Origin: Oopsacas minuta
Lineage: Eukaryota; Animalia; Porifera
Direction of reading: 5' to 3'
Assembly: GCA_024704765.1 (NCBI GenBank)
Contig: JAKMXF010000299.1
Coordinates: 1,340,863 to 1,404,862, forward strand
DNA: 64,000 nucleotides
The notes under the pieces are model-generated. The model was not told where the DNA came from, did no database searches, and saw only the letters and a list, made by a program, of their open reading frames with translations. This document shows positions 12,001 to 25,459 of the stretch, piece after piece. The position numbers were made by a program, and so were the translations under genes. How positions within the stretch are numbered: position 1 is the stretch's first letter; the number at the start of each line of letters is the position of its first letter.

Positions 12001-14081
12001 TTATACTATGTTGTCTTCTATTTTCTGGTAATACGTAGTTATGGGTTGCTTCATTTATGGGTCCTGTACGTCTTACACCTAGTATTGTTCCAATACAGAC
12101 GATAACATCTTGTATTCAAGTATAATCTTAGAATAATCAATATTTCGAGTTACAAATCGGTCAAACATGTTCTCCAAAATTTAATCTCTTCGTTAAATCC
12201 TAACGCATCGCCAACAAATATCTTTGTACTCCTGGTACAATGTTGGATTCCTTGTCTAATTATTAATTTAGGTGTTGCAGGGCCCAGTGTAATCACACCA
12301 TAATACACCCTGTTTTACTTATCTTTTGTTTCGTGTCTGGTCGATTTCTGCAGACAGCAGTTTAGATAAACTGACAGGGCGCTTAAACACCAGGAAATAG
12401 TAATTCAAGTCATGTTATTAGTTAAATTTGTGTCATTTCTAAATGGTATATACTGTCTATTTTTCACTTATTGAATATATCTTGTCAATCCAAAGTTTAT
12501 TAGCATCATAATTATCTGACTAAGTATACTGAAAATTCTATTGGAATTCCAAGTTTCAAATATTTGCTAAATTCGCAAAGTATTGAGTAATATTTAATAA
12601 TATCCATTCTTGTTGGAACTTCTGCTTTCGATACATCAAGCAATTGTATATAATATTTGTTTGTCAACTATTCTATAACCGGAATACCTTTACGAGAGAA
12701 ATTTTTCTTTTCACTAATCAGGTGTAATTTCTTTTTTCTGAACAATATTCCAACTGCTAACTGTTCGAAATTGTATGTCAAAGAAATGCAATGCAATATT
12801 TTCAAATCCTTCACTACGACGATATTTTTGGCAATGCCCCTTGAGTGAACGGAAAGATTGCAGTTTAAAAGGACATGTTTGACCAATGAAATGGCTGCGA
12901 TCTTGGATTAGTAGCATGTGACTTGGACATTCTGGCAGAGATTGCAGAAGAGTCAATCCCCAACTGAGGTGCTGAAAAAATCAAAAGATTAAACTATTAT
13001 TTTCCAAAACGGTTCGAGATAAATATTTTTCGGAATTCTTTTGAAGTGGCGAATGCTATCCCTGTGATCCCTAAATCTGGTCCTAATTTTGTATGTAATC
13101 AGTTTTCTAAGATGATTTGACCATATAGTAATCTTGTCGAATGGTATGTAGATTTTTGCATAGATGTAGGCATCCCGAGGTGGACTTATAGCAGCACTAT
13201 TAGGTGCTGCATTTCTGATGCACTTTAACCCTAATTTTCATCATTACACTTTCAAATAATTCAATTCTATATATTATCCAAAGAATTATTTTTCATTGAC
13301 ATATTTACGGATTTGAACATATTGGTCATATTTCAGGCTATTAGAAATTTGCTCTAAGTAAGAATATTCATATATATATAGGCAGCCAATTTGGAAGTAA
13401 TTCCTATATATACTATCCTCCATGGTGCAACTCGATTATTTGATGCATTGTGAAATTTACCGGTGGTATCAGCAACATTATTTCAATAATGATGACTATT
13501 GAATTACCGAAACAAATTCACGGAAAACGAATTCTTCACATCAACCCAAATAGTGTAGTAAATGAAGAAAACAATAGTAAAAGCATTTAAATAAATAAGT
13601 AGATAAAGAACCTCATACTCGTGGCAATATCGCTTCAAAATACACCAACTAACAACTAGTGGGAGGCCAAACATCCAAACAACTCAGTAACTGATGCCTG
13701 ACAGTAATCCAAAGAAACGATCTCTTTAGGAACATAATCCCACTTTTCTGAATTATGTAGGAATTCTTACAACAATATCTGTTTCTGTATCATTTGTGAT
13801 TGGGCGGGGGAGATGCATTTTAAGATTTCTCCCTGCGCTGATTAGTTATAATATTCGTCAGTAGGGCTCTGAATCCATGATCACTACTATATCTCTGGAT
13901 TGTACTACATAATCATAACAAGCCTTTGATATTTTGCATCATATATCTTGTGATAGAAGTTTTGTTTACGTGAATTTTTTAATAGACTTTTATCGACGCT
14001 CTTTACCATTAATATGTTTATGATTTATACATCTACACATATATGCAAATTTATTGCTTTTACTCTTTGTATTTCTTTTAG

Positions 14082-14290
14082 CAATGGTTTTAAATATCAA
14101 CTTGGGCTTCTCCAACCTTATAAAGGACAATGCCGAAGATAAATTTGACAGTAATTATGCTCTCTATATTGGTGATACTATTTTTGTATCTGAACAAACT
14201 GGAGTTACAGAACTTACAGGTCATTCTAAGAAGAAAATTAATTCTGTTTGCATTTTCTTTGGAGAGGATGAAAGCAATGACTTAGCTCAG
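14082..14290 (+). CDS. SPT16: FACT complex subunit SPT16, internal exon (end of the peptidase-like N-terminal domain)
   Basis: MVLNINLGFSNL...YALYIGDTIFV...KKKINSVCIF matches SPT16 MVFSINLGFSDL...YALFIGDTVLV...KKKVKNVGIF as recalled. Polypyrimidine tract with ttttag acceptor at 14081; proposed phase-0 donor CAG/GCAATT. Confidence 0.88.
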
Positions 14291-16307
14291 GCAATTTTCC
14301 GAATTATTTCAACGTTTTCTTTTAGCTATATATATTCTAATCTCGCTCATTATATTCGTGATATATTGATTTGTGTGCAACCTTGAAACTTTTCGTCTCT
14401 CCTTCAGATTAGTTGAAGATTATCGATTAGTTCATAGTATACTCTTACATTTTTCCATAATAATGTTCTCAACCTTTCCATTCGCATTGACACTTTTTCT
14501 TCATAGATTTGTTATGTATTTTCAGGGCCGTTCAATCATTACGTGTCACAAAATATCTTCCATCTTGGTCCCCTCCCCTCACTGTTTCTTGCTCTATCGC
14601 CGCTTTGAAATCCAAATGGAATGGGCTGTCACATTGTGTACCTAACGATATAATGGGAGACTCTCCCATGACAGCATTACCTACTTTTGAACTTCTACTA
14701 TTTGCAATTTCATAAGTAGGATTTTTATAGTTGGGTAATTTAGTATTCGATTCCACGATCACTTACATTCAATTTATTTCTGTCTGCCTCTTATGAAGGC
14801 TTTTATAGTGAATGCCGATTCACATATAGCCCAGTCTTCAGCTGTACAGACACTTATATCTAGTTAATTTTTCACTTTTGGAAGAAATTGCCATCTTTGA
14901 TCCAAAAGTAGAAAGTTGTATCTTAGTACGAAGGGAAGGGGACCCACTCTGGATCTTACCTATTTTAGCGAAATTCCCTTCGCAGTTCCATTATCCGAAA
15001 AATAGGCACTTGGATGGATTCAATTAAGATTTGTATGGATATCATGGCTGGTACCGCTTATTTCACTAGTGTGTGTACACAATACTGGAATAGTGGGTGT
15101 CTAAACAACCCTTGCCATGGAAGTGAATGCAAGATTCTTTCTATCTAGGGTCTGTCCGGACACCTGCGTTAGTGCCTTTCGCATATACCTTTTTATCCCC
15201 ATGATATATTCTCTCACAGATATCTCATTATTTAATCTTATTTCACCTGAATATATGTATACAGAAAGGTTATCCTTCGGATATACTATGATATAATAGA
15301 ATCTCTCCTGAATAAACTATTATATGATAGATTATATACACAGTTGCTTAGTAATAAAGAATTAAGAAATTTTTCATTGTAATGCTTTCATTCCTTTATT
15401 GTTTCATTGTGTTTCTAAACATTCAAGTAGCATCCTATCCAATTTTCAAATCATTTGGGAGTCTAGAAGTTATGTAATCATGAATCGAAACTTCGTGGTC
15501 TTGGATGCTGAAACAATGAATTCGGAGAATTCAGATATAAAGATTTTCCCAATGATTCTGATTCCTTATAAATTATATTAGCGATCTATGTTTCATATAT
15601 TCTAGATAATTTTTGCATGTTGATCTCAAATGTTTGTATCAGACATATTCTTAACGGTGTACTTTCATGTGAAGGATTGTTGTACCCAGGGTAAAAATGA
15701 ATCCCATTTTTCCATGGATAAAATTTTGAAAGTGTCTGAAAAGGAAAGTCAAGGAACGTTGAAGCGAAATTAATACCAGTTGCTGGTTACAATAGATAGT
15801 ATTTATCTGAAGGTTACAGGCCCCAAACAGCGCGCAACTTTGATTTTTGGTCACATTTCATTGTTTGTAATCGTTGCTATGTAAATTCTTACAGTGATAT
15901 CTGTAACTATGTAATTGGATACACGTCGAATCCTAATTCTTCTTGGAAATTACTGCACAAAACTAAGCATATGAATGTGTGTGTATACCTGTACTTATAT
16001 TTTCAATCATACACCTCTATTTTCTCATAGATAATTTATCCGTGATCGATTGCTAGACCAATTGCTGCGATGACTTCCCCCGAATCCCGTCTCGATTTAG
16101 CGAGAATCCTGAAAGCAAATGGTAATTGTGTCCAAACAACTCTCTGTTGCCTTAGTGATCTGCGTAGATTAGGCCATGCCAAGCAGGAAAAACTTTAGTA
16201 TATTCTACGTAGAATGGAGAAGTGATTAGAACAACAAATAAATCACTTGAATCTTTTCATGATTGGCTAGCATACTGTAATTTGCTCAGAATTGTTTATA
16301 GCTTCAC

Positions 16308-17445
16308 ATGCCCCCCAAAAAACTAAGTCGGTGCGTCAAAATGAAAAACCTATCACTCTTTCTTTGCAACATCAACGTTCCCGCATCAGTCGTGTCCTTG
16401 AGTCTATCAAGTCCACTCGGTAACCAAAACACTTCTGAAATTACAACTGCAGCTCTTGCTTTGCAATTGTTGTGCAATGAAGAAAGCAATCGAGGAGTTG
16501 CAAGGGTATCTAAATCAATTGAACAGAGGAAAAACTATCTGGTCAATTCGCACGTGCATCCTATAGCAAGGAATTGGATATGGACAAGGCATTATTTCTT
16601 CTGGACCTACTAGAGATTGGCAAGAAGAAGTATACTCTTCCACGGCAACTTTTGTTTTCTAATGAAATTCGCTTTCCTACATATCAGATGGTAGCCGATC
16701 ATAGAAATAATTTAGTGTTACCAAGTATGATTCAAATAAACTCGAATCCTACAGCCTCAGTTGGTGTTTGTGTGCCATACATTCAATTTGTCTTCCATAC
16801 ATTTTGTTGAATTATGACTACTCTACCGTCCCCTTCGAATCAGGATTTTCGTCTCCGATTTCATATTGCTGATTATTTTGATTGATCTGGATTATACAGT
16901 ATATAATCAAGCAAATACGAATACATCTACCAAATCATTCATCCTATTCTGTTTTAAAGCAATATACCTTGTCAATTCTAGTGGAAAAGAACTTTGGAAA
17001 AACAACTGCCCCAATTCTCCATTACCCCAACGTCCACTTTTCCTTTTTGCTGCCAAAGAAAATTATGACGAAATTCGCCAATTTCTGAGCCAAGTTTTCT
17101 ATTTTGCCGATGATAGCCATGTATTTGTCGATGTTGTCCGTTCAATGCTTGATGGTAAAATAGCAAGTATTCTCTCATGAGCAGGAGGTGCAAGTTGCCA
17201 ACTATGTACTGCAACGCAGAGACAAACAATGAATCGTGATTTAATATTCAAAGCTATCCCATCAATCGAAACATTTCAAACGCCATTCAATTATTTCGAG
17301 TACTGGAATACATTGCTGCTTCCTTTTGCTTACCAACATATCAAAGATTTAACCTAATTCACCACCATTATTAACAATCGACATTCTACCAGCTTCTCCC
17401 TTACATTCCTATACTTACATTTTTAGATGGCTCAAGTTACCACAA
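16308..17445 (+). mobile_element. Transib/RAG1-like transposase relic, N-terminal to central part
   Basis: Frameshifted pieces DMDKALFLLDLLEIGKKKYT, WKNNCPNSPLPQRPLFLFAAKEN, RSMLDGKIASILS*AGGASCQLC and PASPLHSY parallel the RAG1 core motifs PNSELCCKPL..DE, GYDEK, CTLCD and LH. Confidence 0.8.
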
Positions 17446-18120
17446 TACAACCTGAATTGTTACAAGCTCACATTGGGTTATTCACTTCCAGTTGGGGTAT
17501 TTGGTTATTTAAATCTTGCTAATTTGATATTGAGAATGATTAAGAATATGTAGGTTTATCCAAATCTAAAATGCTTTTTTATTTGAACCAACTGACATGA
17601 GTGTTGTACTATCCCAAAGCCTCACCAAATTATGTTAATTTTCGAGCATTTTGAAATCATATTATTGTTCACCCAACTTAAAGTCTTATAATTATAATTT
17701 TAACTTTTAAAATACTATCAAACTTATACTGAGTGTTCTAATGTTACTTTTGCAGTTAAACCCAATTTATGTCAATTTTCATTAATTTTCTCTAATTAAA
17801 CTTTGTGATGATACAGCCTAGTTATAGGTTATATAATATGAATAATGCGGATGTATTTTGTTGTGAACAAAAGTTTCTCTCAATTTCTCGCACTATTCAG
17901 GATATACACGTATAACACACTATCTAATAAACTATTCTGCAAATATTTGTTCAGCGAAGTTCAGCGAAACCAAAATAATACCAACATCCATTCAATACTT
18001 TGGGTTATTATGTGGTATCAAGTGAATATATTTTTATGCTAATGTAATCTTTGACTCAACTATTATTCATATGATTCACAAAAACACAATCTAACTTATC
18101 ATAAATGTTACTACACTTGA

Positions 18121-19700
18121 TTAAACATTATCAGTGACTTCTAGCAAGCGTTTGACAATAGAATCGATATCTGAATTTTCGCAGTTTCTGTTCGCTTTAC
18201 ATCCTCGTTGATGTCCCAACTCTCCACATTTCTTACATTTGAGACACTTACAAAACTTTTTATTGAGTACTGGCTCTCCTACTACGTATATTCGGGAGAA
18301 TATGTCTTTCACTTATTAAAGAAGATCTGATTTTAGATACTCACTAAACCTGCGTATTAGCTTATGTGCCTATTCAAACATTCTTGAGAGAATTTCTTAA
18401 TGCCACGATTATCATTCAGTATATAAATTGATAGGTTTGTGCCAGAAATTTATGTACTGTGGGGAGTTCCCAGGGTTAATGATCTAACATAAGGGATATA
18501 CTTCTTCACATAGTGCCTTGAAGTTACTAACATTGATTTTCTGTGAGGAATTAGTTACACTAAGAGCAGAAATATTTCAATGCAAAAATTTCAGATTTTC
18601 AACTTCTCCTCGAGGTATGAAGGAGAGCGCTGTGTAAAGGGAGATCATAAGAACTGAATAAACGAGCAAATTACCAGTGCTGTCCCCAGTTCCTCTAGAC
18701 TGGTCAAACTGAATATTCGTAATTTCTTAATCCTTTGATAATCAGGTTATGGCTTGATCAAATATTTACATGATCAGCCCAGCCGCGTCTTTCCGATGCT
18801 ATCCGGCATAATATGTTCAGGAATTAATCAAGTATGCGTTTGTATGAGTGTAAGTGCAATAGGAATAACTTCATTTGAACTTGCAGGTTCATGAGTGATT
18901 TCAGCTCATTATCGGGAAGGATAAGCAGTAAGCTCTTTCCATTAGAAGTTAGCTCTACGATAGTATCTTTGATCGCTTTCAATGTCCAATTACGCAGTAT
19001 GCCTGCTATTACATTTTCAGGGTCTGATACATCAGTTTGACCTGCGAAGCAACAGTGACAAGCAGCGCCACTGTGACCACTGAATATGCCAGACATTTTA
19101 CCATCTAACATCGAGGCCTTAATTTCAAAATTCACATGTCCACTTTCATTCTCGAAGCTAGTTGAAATGAGTTCGTCAATATGTGGATTCAAGAAATTCA
19201 TTAGAGAAGTGACACTTTCAATGTTTTCTTTTTGGAATAACAATACGATTGGATGGTTGGAGAATCTAGAATTTAAGTATTGATTAGACCAAATAATATT
19301 TCCTTGACAATCTTTCAATTCTTGAGGAGAAAGCATAAGTAAGGGAAGACATGAACGATCACTAGCTGTTTGGGATGTAAAGTTACACACTGACTTTCCT
19401 ACTCATCTACCATGCTAAACCATAAAGTTGAGCGGGACATCAGAGGTTCTTCAGTACATTGTATAGAGTGTGTGATGACACGTTTCTAGAAGTTTACTGT
19501 GTGGTCAATGTTTTTAACTGCTACTTCAATTGGATTTGAATCCAATGGGTAAGTAAGAATGGAGGTATTATACTGCGACAATTATTATTTCAGATCAACA
19601 TACTGGAATGGTGCTGATACCTTCTGAGCATGCTAATTGAGATAATACGTCCATAATACCTGTACTTCCGAGGTGTACACGTTTAGAATCTGATTTTTGA
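18121..19700 (-). mobile_element. Second, divergent Transib/RAG1-like transposase relic with C-terminal Cys/His knuckle
   Basis: ORF 18824-19390 has IWSNQYLNSRFSNHPIVLLFQKEN and SMLDGKMSGIFSGHSGAACHCC. Downstream are AHKLIRRF, DIFSRIYVVGEP and CKKCGELGHQRGC. Confidence 0.75.
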
Positions 19701-20072
19701 AATCTTCTAGTGATTTCCGTTTAGGGGTATTCGGATTAACACCGACAGAGCAGCTTGGGCTGGAGTTCCAATACTTGTTATATAGTCCTGACGTTAAATA
19801 AATATTTGTTCAAGATTATTTTCGAACTGATCGTGGTGCATACGTTCTCTAGGCCAAGTACACCTCTAATGGAGGTTCTCACATCTCTGAAGAACGTTGG
19901 TAATTGTGAGTTGATTCCAGTTTTTTCTCCAATTATTCTTCTTGCCAAATTGACAACTACTTTAGCATTTCGAATGCCCTGTTTGGTATCCAGAATATTT
20001 TATTTACTTCATGAAGTGAAGTGACATTTTCCAGCTATGTATGACGATAATTATGTGAAATAATTTGATATA

Positions 20073-21416
20073 CAGGGTGTCTCAACATTATTGCCCTATT
20101 GCGCTATAGCACAAAATATGTTATAACTGAACCTTAAAACAGTATAGACATTAGTTATGGTAATTGAAGAATTGAAATATAACTGTTATTCAACTCGAAA
20201 TATTATAGCTGCTATTTTATAAGTAGTTAGAAACTTTTGTTCTCTTTGCCCTGACTGGATTTATTGCCCAATATGGATGTCAATGAAAATAAATTACAGG
20301 TTAGAAATCGTGCTATCGGTATGTTACTCACAGGTTCTACTCAGAACTATGTAGCAAACAAACTTGGAAAGGATATCCGAACGGTTCGGAGATGGTTGGC
20401 ATGGTATAATTCTTCAAAAGACCTCCAACATAGAAAGGGGGCTGGAAGGCCCAAAAAGCTAAAAAGGCGGTCCAAAATCATTATTACAAGATCTCTTGGG
20501 AAACGACACAAGTCAACGCGATGTATTGCTAAACAAATTACCAGAACGTGTGCTCCTGTCTCAAAAGACACCATTCATCGCTATTTAACAAAAGATTTGG
20601 GAGTTAGGCCCTATAAGCGACCCAAACAGCCAAAATTCTCTGTAAAACAGAGAGAAAACAGATTAGATTTCTGTCTGGCAAAGCAAAACTGGACTGTTGC
20701 TGACTGGAGAAACATCCTTTGGTCTGACGAATCTTCTTTCGAGCTATTTCACCCAACAAATCACCAAAATGATAGGTTATGGGCCAAGAATAGCTCGAAT
20801 ATCATATCACAGGAAACGGTGAAATTTCCCCCGGCATTCATGGTTTAGGGGATGATGAGCTTTCGAGCTATATCGAAATTACACTTCATCCCTCTCAAAC
20901 AGACAGTGAATACAGCCTACTATATAGATGAGATCCTGGCTAAGTCTTGTTTAAATACCCTTCGCAGAATTAAAAATAATGGATCAGTTTTGGAGATGAA
21001 AATGGTGCTAAACATGTCAAAGGTTGTTTTTATGCAGGACGGTGCCCCTGCTCACACGTCCAAAATGACCCAAGGTTGGTGCAAGGAGAACCTACCAAAC
21101 TATTTGAAGAAATCTCAATGGCTGGGGAACTCTTCTGACTTAAATCCAATTGAAAACCTATGGGGATATCTTCAAGAAGAACTGAACAAGAGGGAGCCGG
21201 CAAAAACTATTTCGGTCCTGAAAATGCAGCTCGAATCTGCCTGGGAAGCTCTACAGTCAAGTTTTTTTCAAGCGTTAGTAGATGGAATGCCAGAAAGAGT
21301 TAAAACTTGCATCGAATTGGATGGTAAATATATATCCAAATGAATGCTGATATTTTCCTCTTTTCTACGATTTAATAGCTAGAACTATAATAGGGCAATA
21401 ATTTTGAGACACCCTG
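20073..21416 (+). mobile_element. Tc1-like transposon with DD37E triad; full length, one nonsense codon
   Basis: 28-bp TIRs CAGGGTGTCTCAA(C/A)ATTATTGCCCTATT with TA on both flanks. The frame 20273-21343 is broken only by TAG at 20846-20848. Motifs WSDES, MQDGAPAH and SDLNPIENLW, with 37 residues between the second D and E by my count. Confidence 0.92.
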
Positions 21417-21776
21417 TATGCTAAATTAGGTTTAAGTTGATATTTCTTTTTGTAGTTTACGTAATATCACATTCCCATACAACTTTTCCAAATCACAATA
21501 GTGTTCTTCATACAAGATTAGGTTATAATTCACAAAAGAATGTGTACTATTAAGAACATTATTTAGTCGTGAATGATATTAAACGCAATATACTTGAATA
21601 TTTTTGGAAATTAATTATATGACGTCGTGATTTTCAAGTGCTAACTCATTCTCAAAATTTGATATGACAAGAAGAATTCTCTTTAGTAAGAATCCAAGTA
21701 GCCTAAATTCCTGGGAAAAATATTATAAATTGTTGAAGTTGTATCCTACTGGAAATATTTACACAAATAACCTAAT

Positions 21777-22025
21777 GTGCAAACTCACATTATCACCATC
21801 ACCAAACGAAATTTATACTCTCTGATCGATGTGCGGCCCATAGTTCAAGACGTAACAGGTCTAAGAATTGACCACCAGACCCCAAAGGAGCACTACCTCC
21901 CTGGTGGTGTATGCCGAAGAGCCTTTTCAAACGATTCTAAGGTTATTCAATGCCCAATGTCTTTGGTTAAGATTGATCATAGGACTCATTTTGTAAATTG
22001 CACACCCATTTTTCTGTCATTCTGA
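21777..22025 (+). mobile_element. Transib/RAG1-like transposase central fragment
   Basis: IVQDVTGLRID...GGVCRRAFSND resembles the Transib segment between the LH motif and the catalytic Glu (TGL.ID..GG.TG..AR). Confidence 0.6.
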
Positions 22026-22579
22026 GAATCATAAAGTCGAAAGAAAAATTAATACAAAAAATTTGGAGCAAATGATTCCTAGTATGACACCCTATATGCT
22101 GATAACACATTATGTATGTTTATTTCCAATGAAAGTACCCATTCTTTATTAACTCCCATTTTAAGCCACTGTGATATCCCCCTTTTGCACAACTGCACAT
22201 GAGTCAGGTTGGGCAAGATCACATAATGCACACCCCGAATGGCCTTAGTTGCTAACATACCCATATTATAAAAATGAAAGTAATTTTTTTGAAATACTTT
22301 TGTTACTAAATCGGAGACAGTGTGATTAATTCTTTTACATATTGCCTCTATTTTGAGTATATAATTCAATGAGTTTTAGAGGCCATGAATTGCCAATGCT
22401 AATAACCGCCAAAGACACAATAACCGAAACTGCAAAGGTAATAAATAGTTCTGATAAACTAAAGTGTATACTAGTCTACTATTTTGATATTTTATTATCA
22501 TATGGCTTATCGGAGAAGGTGTAGTAATGATCCAGACGTCTTTTGTTATATTTGTGGTAGTTTTATGACTTCTAAACAA

Positions 22580-24465
22580 ACTACGGCAATAACAGGATTT
22601 GTTAAAAAAAGCATATTTAAGATATTTTGGAATGAGATTAGGTAATCAAGACAAAACATGGGCTCCACATACAGTGTGCCGATCTTGTGTAGAAAATTTG
22701 AGACAATGGACAAATGGAATCAGAGAGAGTTTAAGTTTTGGAATTCCAATGATATGGAGAGAGCCACAAAATCACATTAGCGATTGTTACTTTTGTATGG
22801 CGAATATTTCCGGATTCAATGCTAAAACCAAGTCATTGATCAAGTATCCAAATTTACATTCAGCAATGCGACCCGTTCCTCATTCTATTGATGTACCTGT
22901 TCCAAAATTTACTAATTTGGATGTTATCTCGAAAATTGATGATTGTGAAACTAGAGGTTCATTAATTAGAGAAGATGAGGATTTTATTCCGTGTGTATTA
23001 TCTCGTTCTAATTCTTCACAGTTATTTAATCAGTCTGAATTAAATGATTTGGTACGTGATTTAGATTTACCTAAAGAATCTGCGGAGTTGTTAGGTTCTG
23101 GCTAAAAGAAAACTTGCTTCACCCAGAAACAAAATTTTACTCATATAGGAACAGAGAGATCGAATTCTTGAAATATTTCATAATGGGAGACGGATTTGTG
23201 TTTTGTCATGATGTTTCACCGCTAGTTAATGCTCTTGGATGTCCGTATGTACCTAATGATTGGAGACTCTTTATTGATAGTTCAAAACAAAGTTTAAAAT
23301 GTGTTCTACTTCATAATGGCAACAAATTTAGTTCCATACCAATTGGACATTCAGTAAGTTCAAAGGAACGATATGATAACATGAAAATTGTGCTTTATAA
23401 AATTAATTATAACCAGCACAATTGGGTAATCTGTGGTGACGTGAAAATCATATGCATTCTTTTGGAACAGCAATCAGGATATACAAAATACCCTTGTTTT
23501 TATGCTTATGGGACAGTCGTGCAAAGAGCGAACACTATTCTAGACAGAGCTGGCCAGCTAGAACCAATCTTAATGTTGGAGATAAGAACATTATTCACGA
23601 GCCACTAGTGGATCCTCTCAAGATTTTGCTTCCACCACTTCATATAAATTAGAATTGATGAAACCGTTTGTAAGGGCATTAGATAAAGAAGGAAATTGTT
23701 TCAAATATATTACCGAGAAATTTTACTACCTAAGTGATGAAAAAAGAATTGCCGGTATATTCGACGGTCCTCAGATAAGAAAACTTGTTCGAGATGATAA
23801 TTTTCAAATTCTATGATATGCAAAGAAGAATGTGCATGGAATGCATTTGTAAATGTCATGAAAAACTTCTTGGGAACTACGAAATCTCCTAATTATAAAT
23901 ACTTGTGAATGAGTTGATTGAATCTTACAAGAATCTCGGCTGCAATATGAGTGTAAAAGTTCACTTTCCTCACAGTCATATTCACTATTTTCCAGAGAAT
24001 CTTGGAGCTGTTTCCGAGGAGCAAGGTGAACGATTCCACCAAGACATAAAAACAATGAAAACACGATATCAGGGGAGGTGGGACGTTCATATGATGGCTG
24101 ATTACTGCTGGTGCCTCAAGAGAGATTGTATTGATGTTATTCATGCTAGAATGTCTAAAAAACGGAAATTTACTCCTGATTCAGACTAATATATTCAAAT
24201 TTATTTATTAACTAAGATTATATTATCAATAATAATTTTATTCTAATTCTTAGTAAAAATTTATAAATGGCGAATTTTCACTATTTTACTTATAGAGGTA
24301 TCATGCATTCATCGATAAATATACCAATATTTAAAAATAGTTTGCAAAAAAACTAGACGTGATACGTATATTTTAGAACATTTTTCAAAATCAATATTAT
24401 AATGTGGATTAGAAAATGTTTTGCAATAACAATCAGCAAATAAATTTTTTTCCCGCAGGGCTGTG
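22580..24465 (+). mobile_element. Chapaev3-like transposon, 5'-truncated, degraded
   Basis: ORFs 22599-23105, 23114-23608, 23452-23652 and 23905-24189 carry LGNQDKTWAPHTVCRSC, ELNDLVRDLDL, WRLFIDSSK, PPLHI and SEEQGERFHQDI. The 3' terminus cccgcagggctgtg ends at 24465, followed by tta. Confidence 0.82.
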
Positions 24466-25459
24466 TTATATATGTAGATATTCGGAATTTCCCTACATCC
24501 TTTTTATACTAGATATCACATGAATATTTTTCGCGCTAGTGGTTGTTGGCAACCCCCCATTACCACTTGTAGATTATTGTAATATATTCTCGCAAATTCT
24601 GCTAGCTACCCCACTCTTACATCCTCTATTCCCAATGTATAATTTGACATAATTCCTTACTATTAGCGACTGACCGAAATTTTAACTGTACCTCGTTCAA
24701 CACAATTCCCTATTACAATATTGAACTTATTTCGAAAAATATATGATGGGCTTGCAAGGATAGCTTTTTGGTTGTTATTAACATCATCCTTGACAGACCT
24801 TCCTATTTTCTGGCGAAACACCGAGGTCTTATGAACTTAGACTCTAAAAGATCAATGTACAGCTATTCCTGTTACATAGTAGGGGGAGTGTAATATTGGA
24901 CAATTGTACAAAAGTTTTTCGGATGATTAGATGTTTATGCTTAGATAATTTGATAATTTTGTTTCATTATTTTATTCAAAATATTTAGCGAATACAAATT
25001 TTGTCTGCTAATACATTTGTAATCTGGATTCTTTTGGGATGTCTTCTGGCTTACTCGTTAAAAAGACAATTGTGGAAATTGGTTAGCATCCTGTGAATAT
25101 GATTCTAAAAGCTCTGAGTTTACTAAGGAATATCGAATTATATATAACAACTTATCCCTTTTTAGAAACCTTTTATGAGGGAGTTGTTTGGACACCCAAG
25201 TCCCTCTAGGTACGCCACTGCTGATAACTAATTATATTATCCAATAGAAGTATCTATGTTTATCTATGAAATCATATTCCAGGTTTGAGTATCTAGAATC
25301 CACAGTTCGAGTTAATTATTGTAAATCTGAATGTGTAAGTGCTAAAAGCCAAATTCAATTCTCAATAATATTTGAAACTAAATATTACTTAGAAGCAATA
25401 ATGTACTCAGAAAAAATATACCAACATTTACACTGGTAATATTCGATATGTGTTATATA

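Noticed and set aside
12657-12956. Minus-strand ORFs 12668-12886 and 12714-12956 as a gene
   Set aside because: No recognisable motif or splice support.
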